From assembly GCA_000004985.1 (NCBI GenBank), contig GG738845.1: DNA of 64,000 bases. One strand, given 5' to 3'. Shown here piece after piece: positions 35,876-46,545 of the stretch; the stretch's first letter is position 1; the number at the start of each line of letters is the position of its first letter. The notes under the pieces are model-generated. The model searched no databases, had not been told where the DNA came from, and saw only the letters and a list, made by a program, of their open reading frames with translations. A program made the position numbers and the translations under genes. Origin of the DNA: Naegleria gruberi. Its lineage: Eukaryota.

Positions 35876-36035
35876 CAAAAAAATGACACGTCAAATCTAT
35901 CACATTTTATTTCATCAAGAAAATCAAATTAATTCTTTTAAATGTGATTTGTTAATAATTATTAAAACCACTACAAATATTTTAATAGCAAAAAGAATAC
36001 ATTGTATCATACATAGGATGTTTATTAAGACTTGT
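35876..36035 (+). repeat. Interspersed repeat family copy 2 (plus orientation); head-to-head with copy 1 across a ~320-bp spacer
   Basis: Shares the same ~80-bp head and the downstream 'tatcatacataggatgtttattaagac' box at 36003-36031. The small track ORFs 'MT(R/H)Q(I/T)YHILSHQENQINSFKCDLL..' are translations of this repeat. Confidence 0.7.
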
Positions 36036-36296
36036 CAGACAATATTGTCTTCATCATTTTCTATTAATTCTTATAATTCTTCCATAATTAAATCTTCATC
36101 TCTATTCTCTTTTCAGCTTTAATTAAAGGTTTCGTTGGTAGTAGGTTTGTTATTAAAATACTGTGTGGTGTTGTGGATTTTGTGTGGCAGAGGGGGATTT
36201 GGATGACAGATTTTCCATCCCCTCAATCTGAATCTATTGGAATTCCGTTTTGAATTTAATGTGGTGAATCATGTTGGAAACATCGAATTCTTGTTA

Positions 36297-36596
36297 TCAA
36301 GTTGTGAAAACGAGAGAGGTGATTATCAAGAGAAATGTTGGTATTACCTTGTCAATCAACATCGCGTCCACATGAAAGACGCAACCACTATCAAGAGCAA
36401 GTAAGGATTGTAGTGGTGATTGCATCGATAAATCTTTAATAATACTTGGCTTTCCTTTGTTATCAGCTTTCTTTGTTTTTATCAAATAATAGCTGTTGGG
36501 GTCTGGTTTTCTATTAACAAAATTAACATTTTCAATTTCTTGAATAGAATTAACTTTGTTGATATCTTTGGCAAAATCATTCAAATATCGTGCCAT
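36297..36596 (-). repeat. Diverged inverted duplicate, arm 2 (partner at 34414..34722)
   Basis: See arm 1. The two arms bracket the copy1/copy2 foldback cluster. Confidence 0.4.
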
Positions 36597-37337
36597 ATTT
36601 TTTAATTTCGAAACTTGTTTAATGTTTGATCTTTAAAAAAAATGGCGGTAAAAAAATGGGCGGGAAAATAATCGTGAAATAAAAAATTGTGCGTTTAGCA
36701 GGTTTGGTACCCCTTCCTACGTTAAGTCTACTCATTATTCTACAACTAAGCCACGAAACATATAATACACGATCTGTATCTATCTAGTGTAAAGTGTTAA
36801 TAATAAGTTTCAGTTTTTCCACAAATTTATCGCCACAGCCTGCAACAACCTTTACAATGTTAATCATGTATCATTTATGAGGATAATGGTTCAGTTATAT
36901 CAATCTCTATTTTGGTGTGAAAGAGTTTGGCCGGATTTGATAATATGAACATGATAAGACCCGTCCGACGACGGGTTTGAGTAAAGGAAGGGAAATAATA
37001 ATTAAACGAACTTATATTTTATTAAGTTTACAATAAAATAAAAGGTGTAGGTTTATTAATGTCTCTTGTATCAATAACGACCTGAGAGACCATAAGTTTA
37101 CAATAAAAACAAATCCATTCTTCACTTCGCTCAGAATTAGACAGAATAAAAGAATGCATTTTCGGACCAAACTTATTGACTTTCTCAACTTCCTTTGTTA
37201 AAGTTTAGTTTTGTTCAATTTCGAAACTTTCACTTCCAATTTTCCAACTTTATCTTCATCTGGATTTTCTTTCTTTTTATTCTTAGGAATTATTTTTTTT
37301 GGATAAATAAGAATAGGTAAAAATATTAAAAAAATCC

Positions 37338-37665
37338 AAAAAAATGTCATGTCAAATCTATCACATTTTGTCTCATCAAGAAAATCAAATTAATTCTTTT
37401 AAATGTGATTTGTTGTTAATTTTTAAAATCACTACAAATATTTTGCCCAAAACGTCAACAATAACAAAAAGAAAGTATTTTAATTTTCTCAAAAGAAAAA
37501 ATATAAGTTTAGGTTTTTTTATAAGAATTGCTATTATGAGAGTACTAAATAAGTATTATATTACTTCTTCGAATTTGGAGAAGAATTGGTATTGTAGTTG
37601 AAAGAAAGATCTATTATATCATACACATGCATGAGATGTTTATTAAGACCAAAAGTAACAGATTT
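37338..37665 (+). repeat. Interspersed repeat family copy 3 (solo, plus orientation)
   Basis: Head 'aaaaaatgtcatgtcaaatctatcacattttgtctcatcaagaaaatcaaattaattcttttaaatgtgatttgtt' at 37338-37415, plus the 'tatcatacacatgcatgagatgtttattaagacc' box at ~37615-37650. Confidence 0.65.
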
Positions 37666-38399
37666 GGTAAATAGAAAAATCCAAGGCTACTTTCAAAATC
37701 TAAACAAATACACTAAAAAGATCAAATGGAGAATGGATATATAATATTTTGCATCCTCTGTGTCAGTTTGGGGAGAAATTATGAGCTGGTTGAAGATAAT
37801 TTTCAAGGCAGGTACATACAATTCTTTAGCCACTTGATGAAAGGGACAAGCAAATCTTTTAATGATGATCCCATTTTTGCAAATTTTTAAAATTGTTTTT
37901 GAGAAATTTGTTAGTTGACACAAGATGTTCTTATCGAGGTTTGTGTAGTGGGTTCTAATATTATTAATACTAGTATTGAGTTAACAAGCTTAATCAAGTC
38001 ATGGTCAATTTTTCAACATTACAACAACAACAAATGGTTGAAAAATTACTTATTAACCAAGAGGTTAATAAGTACATTGCTAAAAGATTCAATAATATCA
38101 CTTCTACTAACCCAAAGATATTGTCAGAATATGAGAATATCAAGAGGGTGGTTAGATCAGCCCTTATTTTGGCTAGTAAGTTGCTAGAAGAAGGAACTTG
38201 TTGTTTATTGTGAGCGAAATATAATAGCTCTTCAACACGCTGATAATCCTGTAGTGACTGTCCAAATAGTAAGGCCCAAATCAATAAACAAGATGCATCT
38301 TTCTACTCAGACGAATCTTTTTTTCGTGAACATCTCTACATATCGTAGACATGTTAAGAGATGGAGTGAAGGTCCTTCCAATCCATCTCAAGATTTAAT

Positions 38400-40330
38400 T
38401 CTATTCAAAGGCCAAGAACTTGGCTTGTGAAAGAACTCTTCAAAGAATTGGAGCAATCGAAGAATGTACAGATCTGGTGATTATTTCAAGATACAGATTG
38501 GTTCCAAAGAGGGATTCATATCGACTGATAATTAGAGATGGATTGCCGATCATTAGGTATAATGATAGAGAAGAAAAAGAGTTATCTAAAACCAATGAAA
38601 ACGTTTCAATTATTAGGAATAATTGTAGATTTAGAAAAGAAGATATTGTCAATGAATTCGTCAACAATAATCAAGATAAAACAAAGAATTGGAATGGTTT
38701 TATCTCAATTTCATCAAGGAGAAAGAATTTTCTTTAGAGATTTATATCGTATCACTGGTATTGTTATTGCTTATCTAGATTGTTTTCAACCAGCAAGAGT
38801 AATGCTCAATCCAATTTATACATTTGCAGCAGAGAAAGTTTTCAAACACGGATGGGAAGGAAGTTGTTACCTCTCCGATCGAGTAGTTTACTGTCTCCAA
38901 TGGATTTCAGCAAATCTGAATTTTTGGAATGGAAAGGTTTTTCAATTCCCAAGTCTGGTGAATTATTTCTGGACAGACGCTTCAAAGATTGGATGGGGAG
39001 CTCATTTCAAGGAGAAGAATTTAAAAATCAATGGTCATTGGTCGGAAGAAGAAGCAAAACAATCAATCAATGTTCTAGAGTTAAGAGCTGTTTGGAAAGC
39101 TCTTCAACAATGGAGAAAAATTCTGAATGGTCAAAATTTGATAATTTACTTGGATTCTATGGTAGCTCTACACACCATAAAAAAGGGTGGTTCAAAATCC
39201 AAGACAATCTCTCGAATAGTTCAATCGATATGGAGAAAAATTTTCGAGGAGAATATTCAACTCCTTTCATTGGAATGGTTGTCTTCTCAGGAGAATTCAA
39301 TTGCAGACGCACTGAGCAGAACTCCAATAGAGACGGATCCAACAGATTGGGAAATCTTAACAAGTTCCTTCAACCGAGTACAGCAGCAATTGAATGTATC
39401 AATCGATTTGCCAGCCCGTACAATTTCAAGGTAAATCCCATTCTGTACAAGACACAGAACCAGCAGGGAAATTCCAGCAGATTCATTCTCCCGTCTTTGG
39501 ATAGAACCAGTAATCAATTGGTGTTGCGTCCCATTCAATCTAATAGGGAGAGTAATCCAACATTGCATAGAATCCAAAGCTCAAATGGTTCTAGTTCATC
39601 CAGTGTGGAAATCCCAATATTGGTGGAAAACTATAGAAACTCTGAGAGTGAAATCTGTAGAAGTTTATGGACGAGATTTCAAGTCTACAAAAAGCGGGAA
39701 GGTGGAGCCTTCGAAAAAGTCTTGGAATTTAGAAGCCAGTCTTTTGGACGCTCGCTCCAAGACTTGACAGATATTGCTTTAATGTTAATGCCTCATCATA
39801 TCAAAGATTCGACTGCGGCAACGTATGATTCATATTGGAGAAGGTTGATTGAATTTGCAATTCGTAACTTTTTCAATCCTCCACCTTCTGAAGATTTGGT
39901 TTTTTTATTTATTACTGATCTATTCATCACTTGGCCAGTGGTGGTAATTGTAAACAAGCAAAGTTTGCAATTAAGAATAGATGTAAATTATTTGGTGTAG
40001 ATGATCCCACTACATCTCAACGTATTCAATTACTCATTTCAGGGATGTGCAATGTATCATACGTTTTCTCTCCACGAATTAGAAATCCATGGAGTATTGT
40101 TTATATTCGAAAGTGGATTCAGGTTGGAAGGAATTTTGTTCCTGAAAAATCATTTATTATGTACACAACTTTAATTAAGACAAGTTGCTATTTGGCTTAA
40201 TATAGAGGGGAAGTTTTCTTCCCATTCATTAAGAATTGGTGGTGCGACCGATGCTGCTTATGCAAAGATTGGTAAAGAGGCAATCAAGGCGATTGGTGAT
40301 TGGTCTTCTGATGCAATTGATATCTTCGAT
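38400..40330 (+). mobile_element. Degenerate DIRS/Ngaro-type tyrosine-recombinase retrotransposon remnant (RT thumb - RNase H - 'LVHPVW' domain - YR C-terminus), frameshifted
   Basis: Track ORF 38538..39434 has the RT C-terminal 'FQLLGIIVDLEKKILSMNSSTIIKIKQRI' (the FLGY..K motif), then RNase H 'FWTDASKIGWGAHF...NVLELRAVWKALQQW...DSMVALHTIKKGGSKS...ENSIADALSR'. A frame-shifted continuation carries 'IDL(P)ARTIS..', and ORF 39585 carries 'MVLVHPVWKSQYWWKTI' (the DIRS 'ILIAPxWPxQxW' signature). At ~40200-40320 comes 'KFSSHSLRIGGATDAAYAKIGKEAIKAIGDWSSDAIDIF', a tyrosine-recombinase H-x-x-R...Y box. Several frameshifts and stops mean it is non-functional. Confidence 0.6.
38538..39434 (+). pseudogene. 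RT(thumb)/RNase H ORF of the DIRS-like element
   Basis: See the parent element. The RNase H catalytic-residue context (TDAS...ELRAV...D..SIADALSR) is typical of YR-retroelement and LTR-type RNase H. Confidence 0.55.
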
Positions 40331-40395
40331 CTGAATTTTCTATTGACATAAACGTATCTAAAGATTTGGGTTTTTAGTTTTTTGCTGGTAGGACT

Positions 40396-40446
40396 CAGTA
40401 TTTCAGAAACGACACCTTATTTTGTTGTTGATAAACCTATAAACAG
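40396..40446 (+). repeat. Dispersed ~45-bp direct repeat R1, copy a (possible DIRS-like terminal/ICR fragment)
   Basis: 'cagtatttcagaaacgacaccttattttgttgttgataaacctataaacag' matches 'tagtatttcaaaaacgacacctttatgataaacctataacag' at 43590-43631. Confidence 0.5.
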
Positions 40447-40523
40447 GGTCAAAAGAAGCATTATTAAGACAACAAACACTTGTTTTTGAGCAATTAGAAG
40501 GAAACGAAGAAATCACAGTAGCA

Positions 40524-40730
40524 ATGGATGGTTCATTTGAGAATAAGAGAGGTGGTATTGGAATTGTGACGAAAACTCAACAAATATCAATGAAGGCATT
40601 CGCTGCTGCATCGTCATTTGATTGTGAAATCCAAGCCATCTACATGGCCCTAAAAATGACAGCCAAGTTCCAAAGAATTAACATATTATCAGACTCACAA
40701 GCTAGTATCAAGATTATTCAAAGGAGATAA
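40524..40730 (+). pseudogene. Isolated RNase H-like fragment (retroelement-derived)
   Basis: 'DGSFENKRGGIGIVTKTQQISMKAFAAASSFDCEIQAIYMALKMTAKFQRINILSDSQASIKII' fits the RNase H DGS...G.G...AE(L/I)QAI..AL...I.SDSQ pattern. It lies just 3' of the YR fragment and is unlinked in frame. Confidence 0.45.
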
Positions 40731-40978
40731 GAACTGTAAATATTCAAGCAAATCAAATCTCTATACAAGCAGGAGAAAAAATTAATCAAATGCCAAATCT
40801 TTGCAAAATTGCTCTTGATAAATATTCCTCTTCAATAGTGGAAAATAATCCATCAGTGAAGATTAACATATTCCCTTACTTTCCACATATTTATTAAACA
40901 AAGATTTGAATTAAAATGAAACATTCTTTAAAAATGTCCAAATATAAATCTTCTGCTATCAATGATCAGAACCTTGTG

Positions 40979-42793
40979 CTATTGTAAAATAAAATAATCC
41001 GGAAGTGGATCTAAATTTCTGTTTAAAAATCCAAAATCTATTAATTCTTTGTCAAGACTAAAAAATTGTGGTGCATGGGTGGAAATATTAATTTCAAACA
41101 CATCTATTGTAAATTTAACGCGCTTAGAATCTAATTTCTCAAAATCACAGTTTGTAACATCTTGGAAGTCGATATTATTGCGGCGGCATATGTGTATTTC
41201 TTTTAAAGTTGGGCTATTAACTAAATATCGGGCTGCGTTTAATGATAAATTATTCTGCAAATATAAAATTTTCAAATTTGGCAATCGAGTCCTTCTAGAA
41301 AATATTTCCATACATTCTGAATCATGTGTTAGTATTCTTAATCTTTCTAAATTAATCAAATTTGAAAAAGCAATTATATGAATATTTGATGAATTAATGT
41401 TTAAAAAAAAGCCACATTCAAAGTAAATTAAATTTAGTAAATCACCATTACATAAGTAATATAATGCAGAATTGTTAATAGGAGAACAAATTGCTAAATG
41501 TGTTAATTGGCTCATTTGCGCAATAATTTTAATATTTTCTGTTGATAAACATGAATCAAAACCATTTCCTAAACATAATCCTCTTAATGAATTTAGCTCC
41601 AACATACTGCTCATGTCAATGTTTAATGTTGATGCAAATAAATGTAGATATTTAATATTTTTAAAATTGTTCACAAAATTATTAAAATTATAATTATTTC
41701 TAAAATATTTAGTGTTTGTATGCAAATATAAACATTCTAATGCTGGCATTGAAATATTTTCTAAATTGCACGTACCATGCCATTTTGCAGCACTAAAATA
41801 ATTATTAATAACCAAATGTTTCAATAAAGGTAAGCATGTAATATTGTGTATGCTTGATTCATCAGGTATTTGTAGTGATGTTAAATTAGAAAAATTAATA
41901 GTAGGCGGTAATGGAAAGTAAAAAAAATTAGGTCCAATATTTAGTAATTCGAATTGATGAGAATACTTAATAATTTCATTGTAAATTTGGTTTAAATGTT
42001 TAAAAACAGTAGTACCAATATAGATTGAGAATTTTGTTAACAATGGAAATTTTGAAAAATCAAAAGTAGAATCAATAGTTTCCATACTGTTACCACATAT
42101 CGATAATTCTTTTAAATTAGAATAAGGGATATCAATATTGAACAAGTAAGAAAATGCTTTTTTAAAATCCCAACTAACGTGAAACATAAATGTATCTAAT
42201 TTAGTATGAACGTAATTACACAATAATTTGTATGATTTCTTTGAATTAATTCCACTAAAACGCATGCTTGAAAGTGCCAATTGTTTTAATTTTGGTAGTT
42301 TAAACATATTTTCTATGTCATTAGAGCTTAATGTGAAGTTTTTAATATGTAATTTTGTGATATTTGAATGTTGTAGTATATTATCAGAAATAGAACTAAA
42401 TTTAATTCTATAAACACCACTATTTTCCACTCCACTTATTACTAATTGTACTAATTTTTTAGATGTTAACATTATTTCGAGAGTGTCTTTGAAATCAGTT
42501 ATATTATGTAATGTTATTCTTGCAAATAATTGCAAAAAATTGTGTTTTTCCCCCAAGCCGCAACGAATTTGTTTTGTTTTCTTATCAAAATATCTATTCA
42601 TAAAATCCCTTTTGTATGGTAATGAAAAAGCTGCTTGTCTCCATTCCGAACACACATGAGTGGCGCATATTAAACTGTTTGTGTTTAAATAGGAAAATAT
42701 TTCTAATAATAAATCGTATGGAATGTTGCAAGGAACAGTATCGTTTCTTTCCTTTTTTTTTTTACGTAAAGGAAAGAGGAAAGCGTGTAGCAT
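40979..42793 (-). CDS. F-box / leucine-rich-repeat protein
   Basis: A 604-aa single ORF with an ATG at 42791-42793 (reverse complement). The N-terminal F-box is 'IPYDLLLEIFSYLNTNSLICATHVCSEWRQAA'. The remainder is an irregular LRR ('LKELSICGN', 'LTSLQIPD', 'LKHLVINN', 'LRGLCLGN', 'LTHLAICS', 'LERLRILT', 'LKILYLQNN'). Confidence 0.7.
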   Translation of the reverse strand: MLHAFLFPLRKKKKERNDTVPCNIPYDLLLEIFSYLNTNSLICATHVCSEWRQAAFSLPYKRDFMNRYFDKKTKQIRCGLGEKHNFLQLFARITLHNITDFKDTLEIMLTSKKLVQLVISGVENSGVYRIKFSSISDNILQHSNITKLHIKNFTLSSNDIENMFKLPKLKQLALSSMRFSGINSKKSYKLLCNYVHTKLDTFMFHVSWDFKKAFSYLFNIDIPYSNLKELSICGNSMETIDSTFDFSKFPLLTKFSIYIGTTVFKHLNQIYNEIIKYSHQFELLNIGPNFFYFPLPPTINFSNLTSLQIPDESSIHNITCLPLLKHLVINNYFSAAKWHGTCNLENISMPALECLYLHTNTKYFRNNYNFNNFVNNFKNIKYLHLFASTLNIDMSSMLELNSLRGLCLGNGFDSCLSTENIKIIAQMSQLTHLAICSPINNSALYYLCNGDLLNLIYFECGFFLNINSSNIHIIAFSNLINLERLRILTHDSECMEIFSRRTRLPNLKILYLQNNLSLNAARYLVNSPTLKEIHICRRNNIDFQDVTNCDFEKLDSKRVKFTIDVFEINISTHAPQFFSLDKELIDFGFLNRNLDPLPDYFILQ

Positions 42794-42825
42794 TTTTTTT
42801 GTTGTTATGTTTTATTGATACAGCT

Positions 42826-42966
42826 CATCAGATCCTCTCAAAAATAAACAATCACAATCTAGAATGTCAACAATTAAAGAGTGGAATGTGAAACGATTTC
42901 TAATAATTTAAAAATCCACTCCTTCTAAAAGCATCACAAAAAATCATGACAGTCTTTTTGTTTGGA
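42826..42966 (+). repeat. Dispersed ~140-bp direct repeat R2, copy a
   Basis: 'catcagatcctctcaaaaataaacaatcacaatctagaatgtcaacaattaaagagtggaatgtgaaacgatttctaataatttaaaaatccactccttctaaaagcatcacaaaaaatcatgacagtctttttgtttgg' is ~90% identical to 46315-46453. Confidence 0.7.
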
Positions 42967-43589
42967 TCTAACACATTAAAAGATTTACTTGCCACTTTCA
43001 CACCACAAGTGGCTAAAGAATTCCCACCACCCCACCCTAACACAGAATAATTTCAATAGAAATTTCAGATCTAGTAAGTCAATAATTTTTTAATAATTTA
43101 TTATTTTATTGGATTTCATTTGATTATATCCAATTTGGTGACAGATAATTTGGTCAAATGACATTTTCATTTGGATAGCCAATTATCTAAAGCAATAGCT
43201 TTTGTAGTATTGCTTGGTGGTGGATATCAAGTGGGTATCACTATCAGGAACAAGACAGGATCATTTGTTGACCTGGTTCCTTAATCAAATATGTGAAAAT
43301 TCTAACAATTTTTTATATGATTTGTGTGTTTATTTAATTTTTTAAATTTAAAGCACTGCTATGCAGAGAATTAGTTAGCAAGTTTTCAGATATTTCAATA
43401 TTTCAGATTTGTTTTTATGGTTTTTTAAGGTTTTTTGAATTTATTAGATGGTTTAATGGGCGCATAGTTGCAACTATTAGAGGTATTAGAGTTTAAAAAT
43501 TATACAAAAGTTGATTAATGATATCCTCAATCATTATTTATTATTATTATTCTTGCGAATTAATTTACACGCGTGTAATAGAATAAACT

Positions 43590-43631
43590 TAGTATTTCAA
43601 AAACGACACCTTTATGATAAACCTATAACAG
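43590..43631 (+). repeat. Direct repeat R1, copy b
   Basis: See R1 copy a. The two copies bracket the F-box/LRR gene (3.2 kb apart). Confidence 0.5.
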
Positions 43632-43919
43632 TATGCTCTAAAAAAAACCACAATGAAAAAGAATAAACTGACTTTTAATTTCAGGAGATCAGAATGGCAT
43701 TAAGGAGGGAATTGTATTTTACAATACTATTACAACAGAAACCAAAAGTTTTACAAATCAATCTGACATTACAATATTTGGAAAAAAGAGGATTTCATGA
43801 ATCAATTTTCAAAATCATTACCATCAAAAGAACATAAGTTTCTGATTGTACAATTTTAAAATTAATCCCTTTAAAAAAAGTTTGAAATGGAGAATTAAAA
43901 TAAACACAAAAGAAAGCAA

Positions 43920-44076
43920 ATTCAAATAGAAATTAAAATACTTTCTCTTTCTTTTTGCAACCATTGAGGGCAAAATTTTTAGAGGTTTTAATAATTAATA
44001 ACAAATCACATTTAAAAGAATTAATTTGATTTTCTTGATGAGATAAAATGTGATAGATTTGATGTTTCATTTTTTT
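43920..44076 (-). repeat. Interspersed repeat family copy 4 (minus orientation)
   Basis: 'acaaatcacatttaaaagaattaatttgattttcttgatgagataaaatgtgatagatttgatgtttcatttttt', plus the upstream 'aatagaaattaaaatac...' segment shared with copy 1. Confidence 0.7.
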
Positions 44077-44461
44077 TACAAACTCTATTACCAATAAAAC
44101 CAAATATCTAAAAAAGATAATTTCTTAAAAGAGTTGTTGGTTTGATATTTTGTTTTTTGTAGAAAAACCAATCTCGTAAATATGAATGTTCATTAAGTCA
44201 AAATCAGAAACCTAAATCCTTTAAGACATGTCTATGAAGATATCTATTAATTGAATCAGAAGACCAATGGTTAAATTTACCTTTATCTTTGCATAAAATT
44301 ACATCTTGAGTTAATAAATTATCATTGTAATATTATGGTCAATTTTCACCAATCCATAGCCTTGGTAGATTGGTTTGGCCATAACTATTATATTAATAAC
44401 TTTCACTAAATACACTTTATTAAGGTGGAGAAAGAGTGACAAATTTTAAATATTTTGCTTT

Positions 44462-44860
44462 AAAAAAATGACACGTCAAATCCATCACATTTTATCTCAT
44501 CAAGAAAATCAAATTAATTCTTTTAAATGTGATTTGTTATTAATTATTAAACCCACTATTTTAATAACAAAAAGAAAAAGAAAATATTTTAATTTCAAAA
44601 TGAATCCGTTTTCTTTGCAATTTATTTTAGCATCCTCCATTGAGAGAATGGAAATATTACTTCTTCGAATTTGCAGAAGATATTGGTATAATATTAAAAC
44701 CAGACTGGAAAGGGTTTTTAATGGCGGGTTTTAAACATCTGCAATAATATACAAATGTTTAACTATATTTTCATTGAGAACCTTTTCACCTTTACGGCAA
44801 ACCAATACGACAGGTAAATCATATATTGTATCATACATGAGATGTTTATTAAGACCATGT
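44462..44860 (+). repeat. Interspersed repeat family copy 5 (plus orientation); head-to-head with copy 4 across a ~390-bp spacer
   Basis: Head 'aaaaaatgacacgtcaaatccatcacattttatctcatcaagaaaatcaaattaattcttttaaatgtgatttgtt' at 44462-44540, and 'tatcatacatgagatgtttattaagacc' at 44829-44856. Confidence 0.7.
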
Positions 44861-46314
44861 AAAATTATTGCCTCTTATTGCCAAAATCGACAACAATAAA
44901 CAAACGAAAAGAGATTTCATTTTTTAAGTTGTTCTCTTGATTTGGCTCTTAATTACACTTTCCACATAATTGGTAGTATTTATAAAAGACATACTACTTG
45001 TTCGGCCTGTATTTGTTAATAAATGTCAATGCTTATTCCATTGCTCATGGAAGTATTTGCAAAAAGCACCTTCTTTGTCTGTGTTTTCCAAAGCCTCTAA
45101 AGTAAATGGAAACTGAAAACCCTTTTTCTTGAAACTCGTTTAATAATGAGTCACAAATATCCACACCTATATTGTAAATAGCTTTCTTGAAGATTGATTC
45201 TGTGATATCAACGATATCTTTAACACCTTCCAGTTTACCTCTGTGGTGATGTGTTTCCAATAGCAACCACCTGACCTTTACATAAATAAAAATAAACATT
45301 TTAAACCAAGTCGAAGAATACCAAGTTATAAATTGTTGAAATGGAATAATCTATTACAGATTTTGTATTTTGTGTTTGGTTATTACTTTGTACCTCTTTT
45401 GTTATATATTTTCACCTTCTTCCTGCGTTGTATGTTTTTTTGTATTACCTGTTTAGGTTAGGTTAATTCTAAAGCTCTATTCATATTCAGATTTTTCTTT
45501 TGGTTTGACTTATCCTTCAAATTGTGTTAGAGTTGTTTTATTTTTGCTACAAATAGAGTTAGTTTTGTAGCAAAGGTTAGGCCAAAAAGAAAGCTCTTGA
45601 TAAGGAAAGCTCTGTTGTTGAAGTTATACTGAATGTCCAAATGTGGAAAAATATGTGTTAAATTAGTGGGATGGATTTTGGATATTAATATACTCTGTAA
45701 ATCTCACTCATTTTGAATCCGAGTTGAATTAAAGTTGATATATTCTAAATCAATAACACTTTCCCAAAGGAAAAAACATAGTAATAAAATATTGAATTTT
45801 ATTTTATTTCATTATTTGCTCAATTTTATTCTATTTCAAAAAAAAGAATCCAAATACAGTGTTTTTCGTGTTTTGCATGTTTTTTCATGTTTTTTCAAAA
45901 ACGACTCTCACTGTCCCAACTTTTTGGATATTGGTGAATAAATAATCGGCAAAAAGCCAAAAGAAGAAAAAAGTTTATTTTTTAATTTTCTTATAAATAT
46001 TCGTAAAGTGATTTAAATGTATTCTTTGTTGATAATTACTCAAAACACAACACATTTCCAAATAATATTATCCAATCCAAGATTATGATTAACGAGGCAT
46101 CATTAAAAATCATTAACAAGAAATTAATGGCTCTACGTTAAGACCTAAGTTAAGCTGACGTTAACAGAAACAATTTATGAAAAGAAAAAAAAATTCAACA
46201 TAGTGAATGAACCGCCACCATTAATGGTGAATAGACTAATGTTACAGGAAATTAAGGAACCTCATCTTAATTCAATTTGATATTGTAACTTTCCTTTTCT
46301 TAGACAGCGTCTTC

Positions 46315-46453
46315 ATCAGATCCTCTCAAAATTAAACTATCACTTTCTGGAATGTCAACAATTAAAGAGTGGAATGTGAAACGATTTCTAATAATTTAAA
46401 ATTCCACTCTTTCTAACAGCATCACAAAAAATCATGGCAGTTTTTTTGTTTGA
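46315..46453 (+). repeat. Direct repeat R2, copy b
   Basis: See R2 copy a. It lies 3' of the kinase gene. Confidence 0.7.
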
Positions 46454-46545
46454 AGTTGGAAGCCAGGATATTGATGTATAAATATTCTTTTGTTAACAAA
46501 AGAACAGAAAATTAGAAAATTGGCCTTTAATATGAGTTCTTTCCC

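Noticed and set aside
36955-36976. GC-rich perfect hairpin CCCGTC-cgac-GACGGG in an AT-rich spacer
   Set aside because: Too short and isolated to assign a function (terminator or protein-binding site). Noted only as a compositional oddity.
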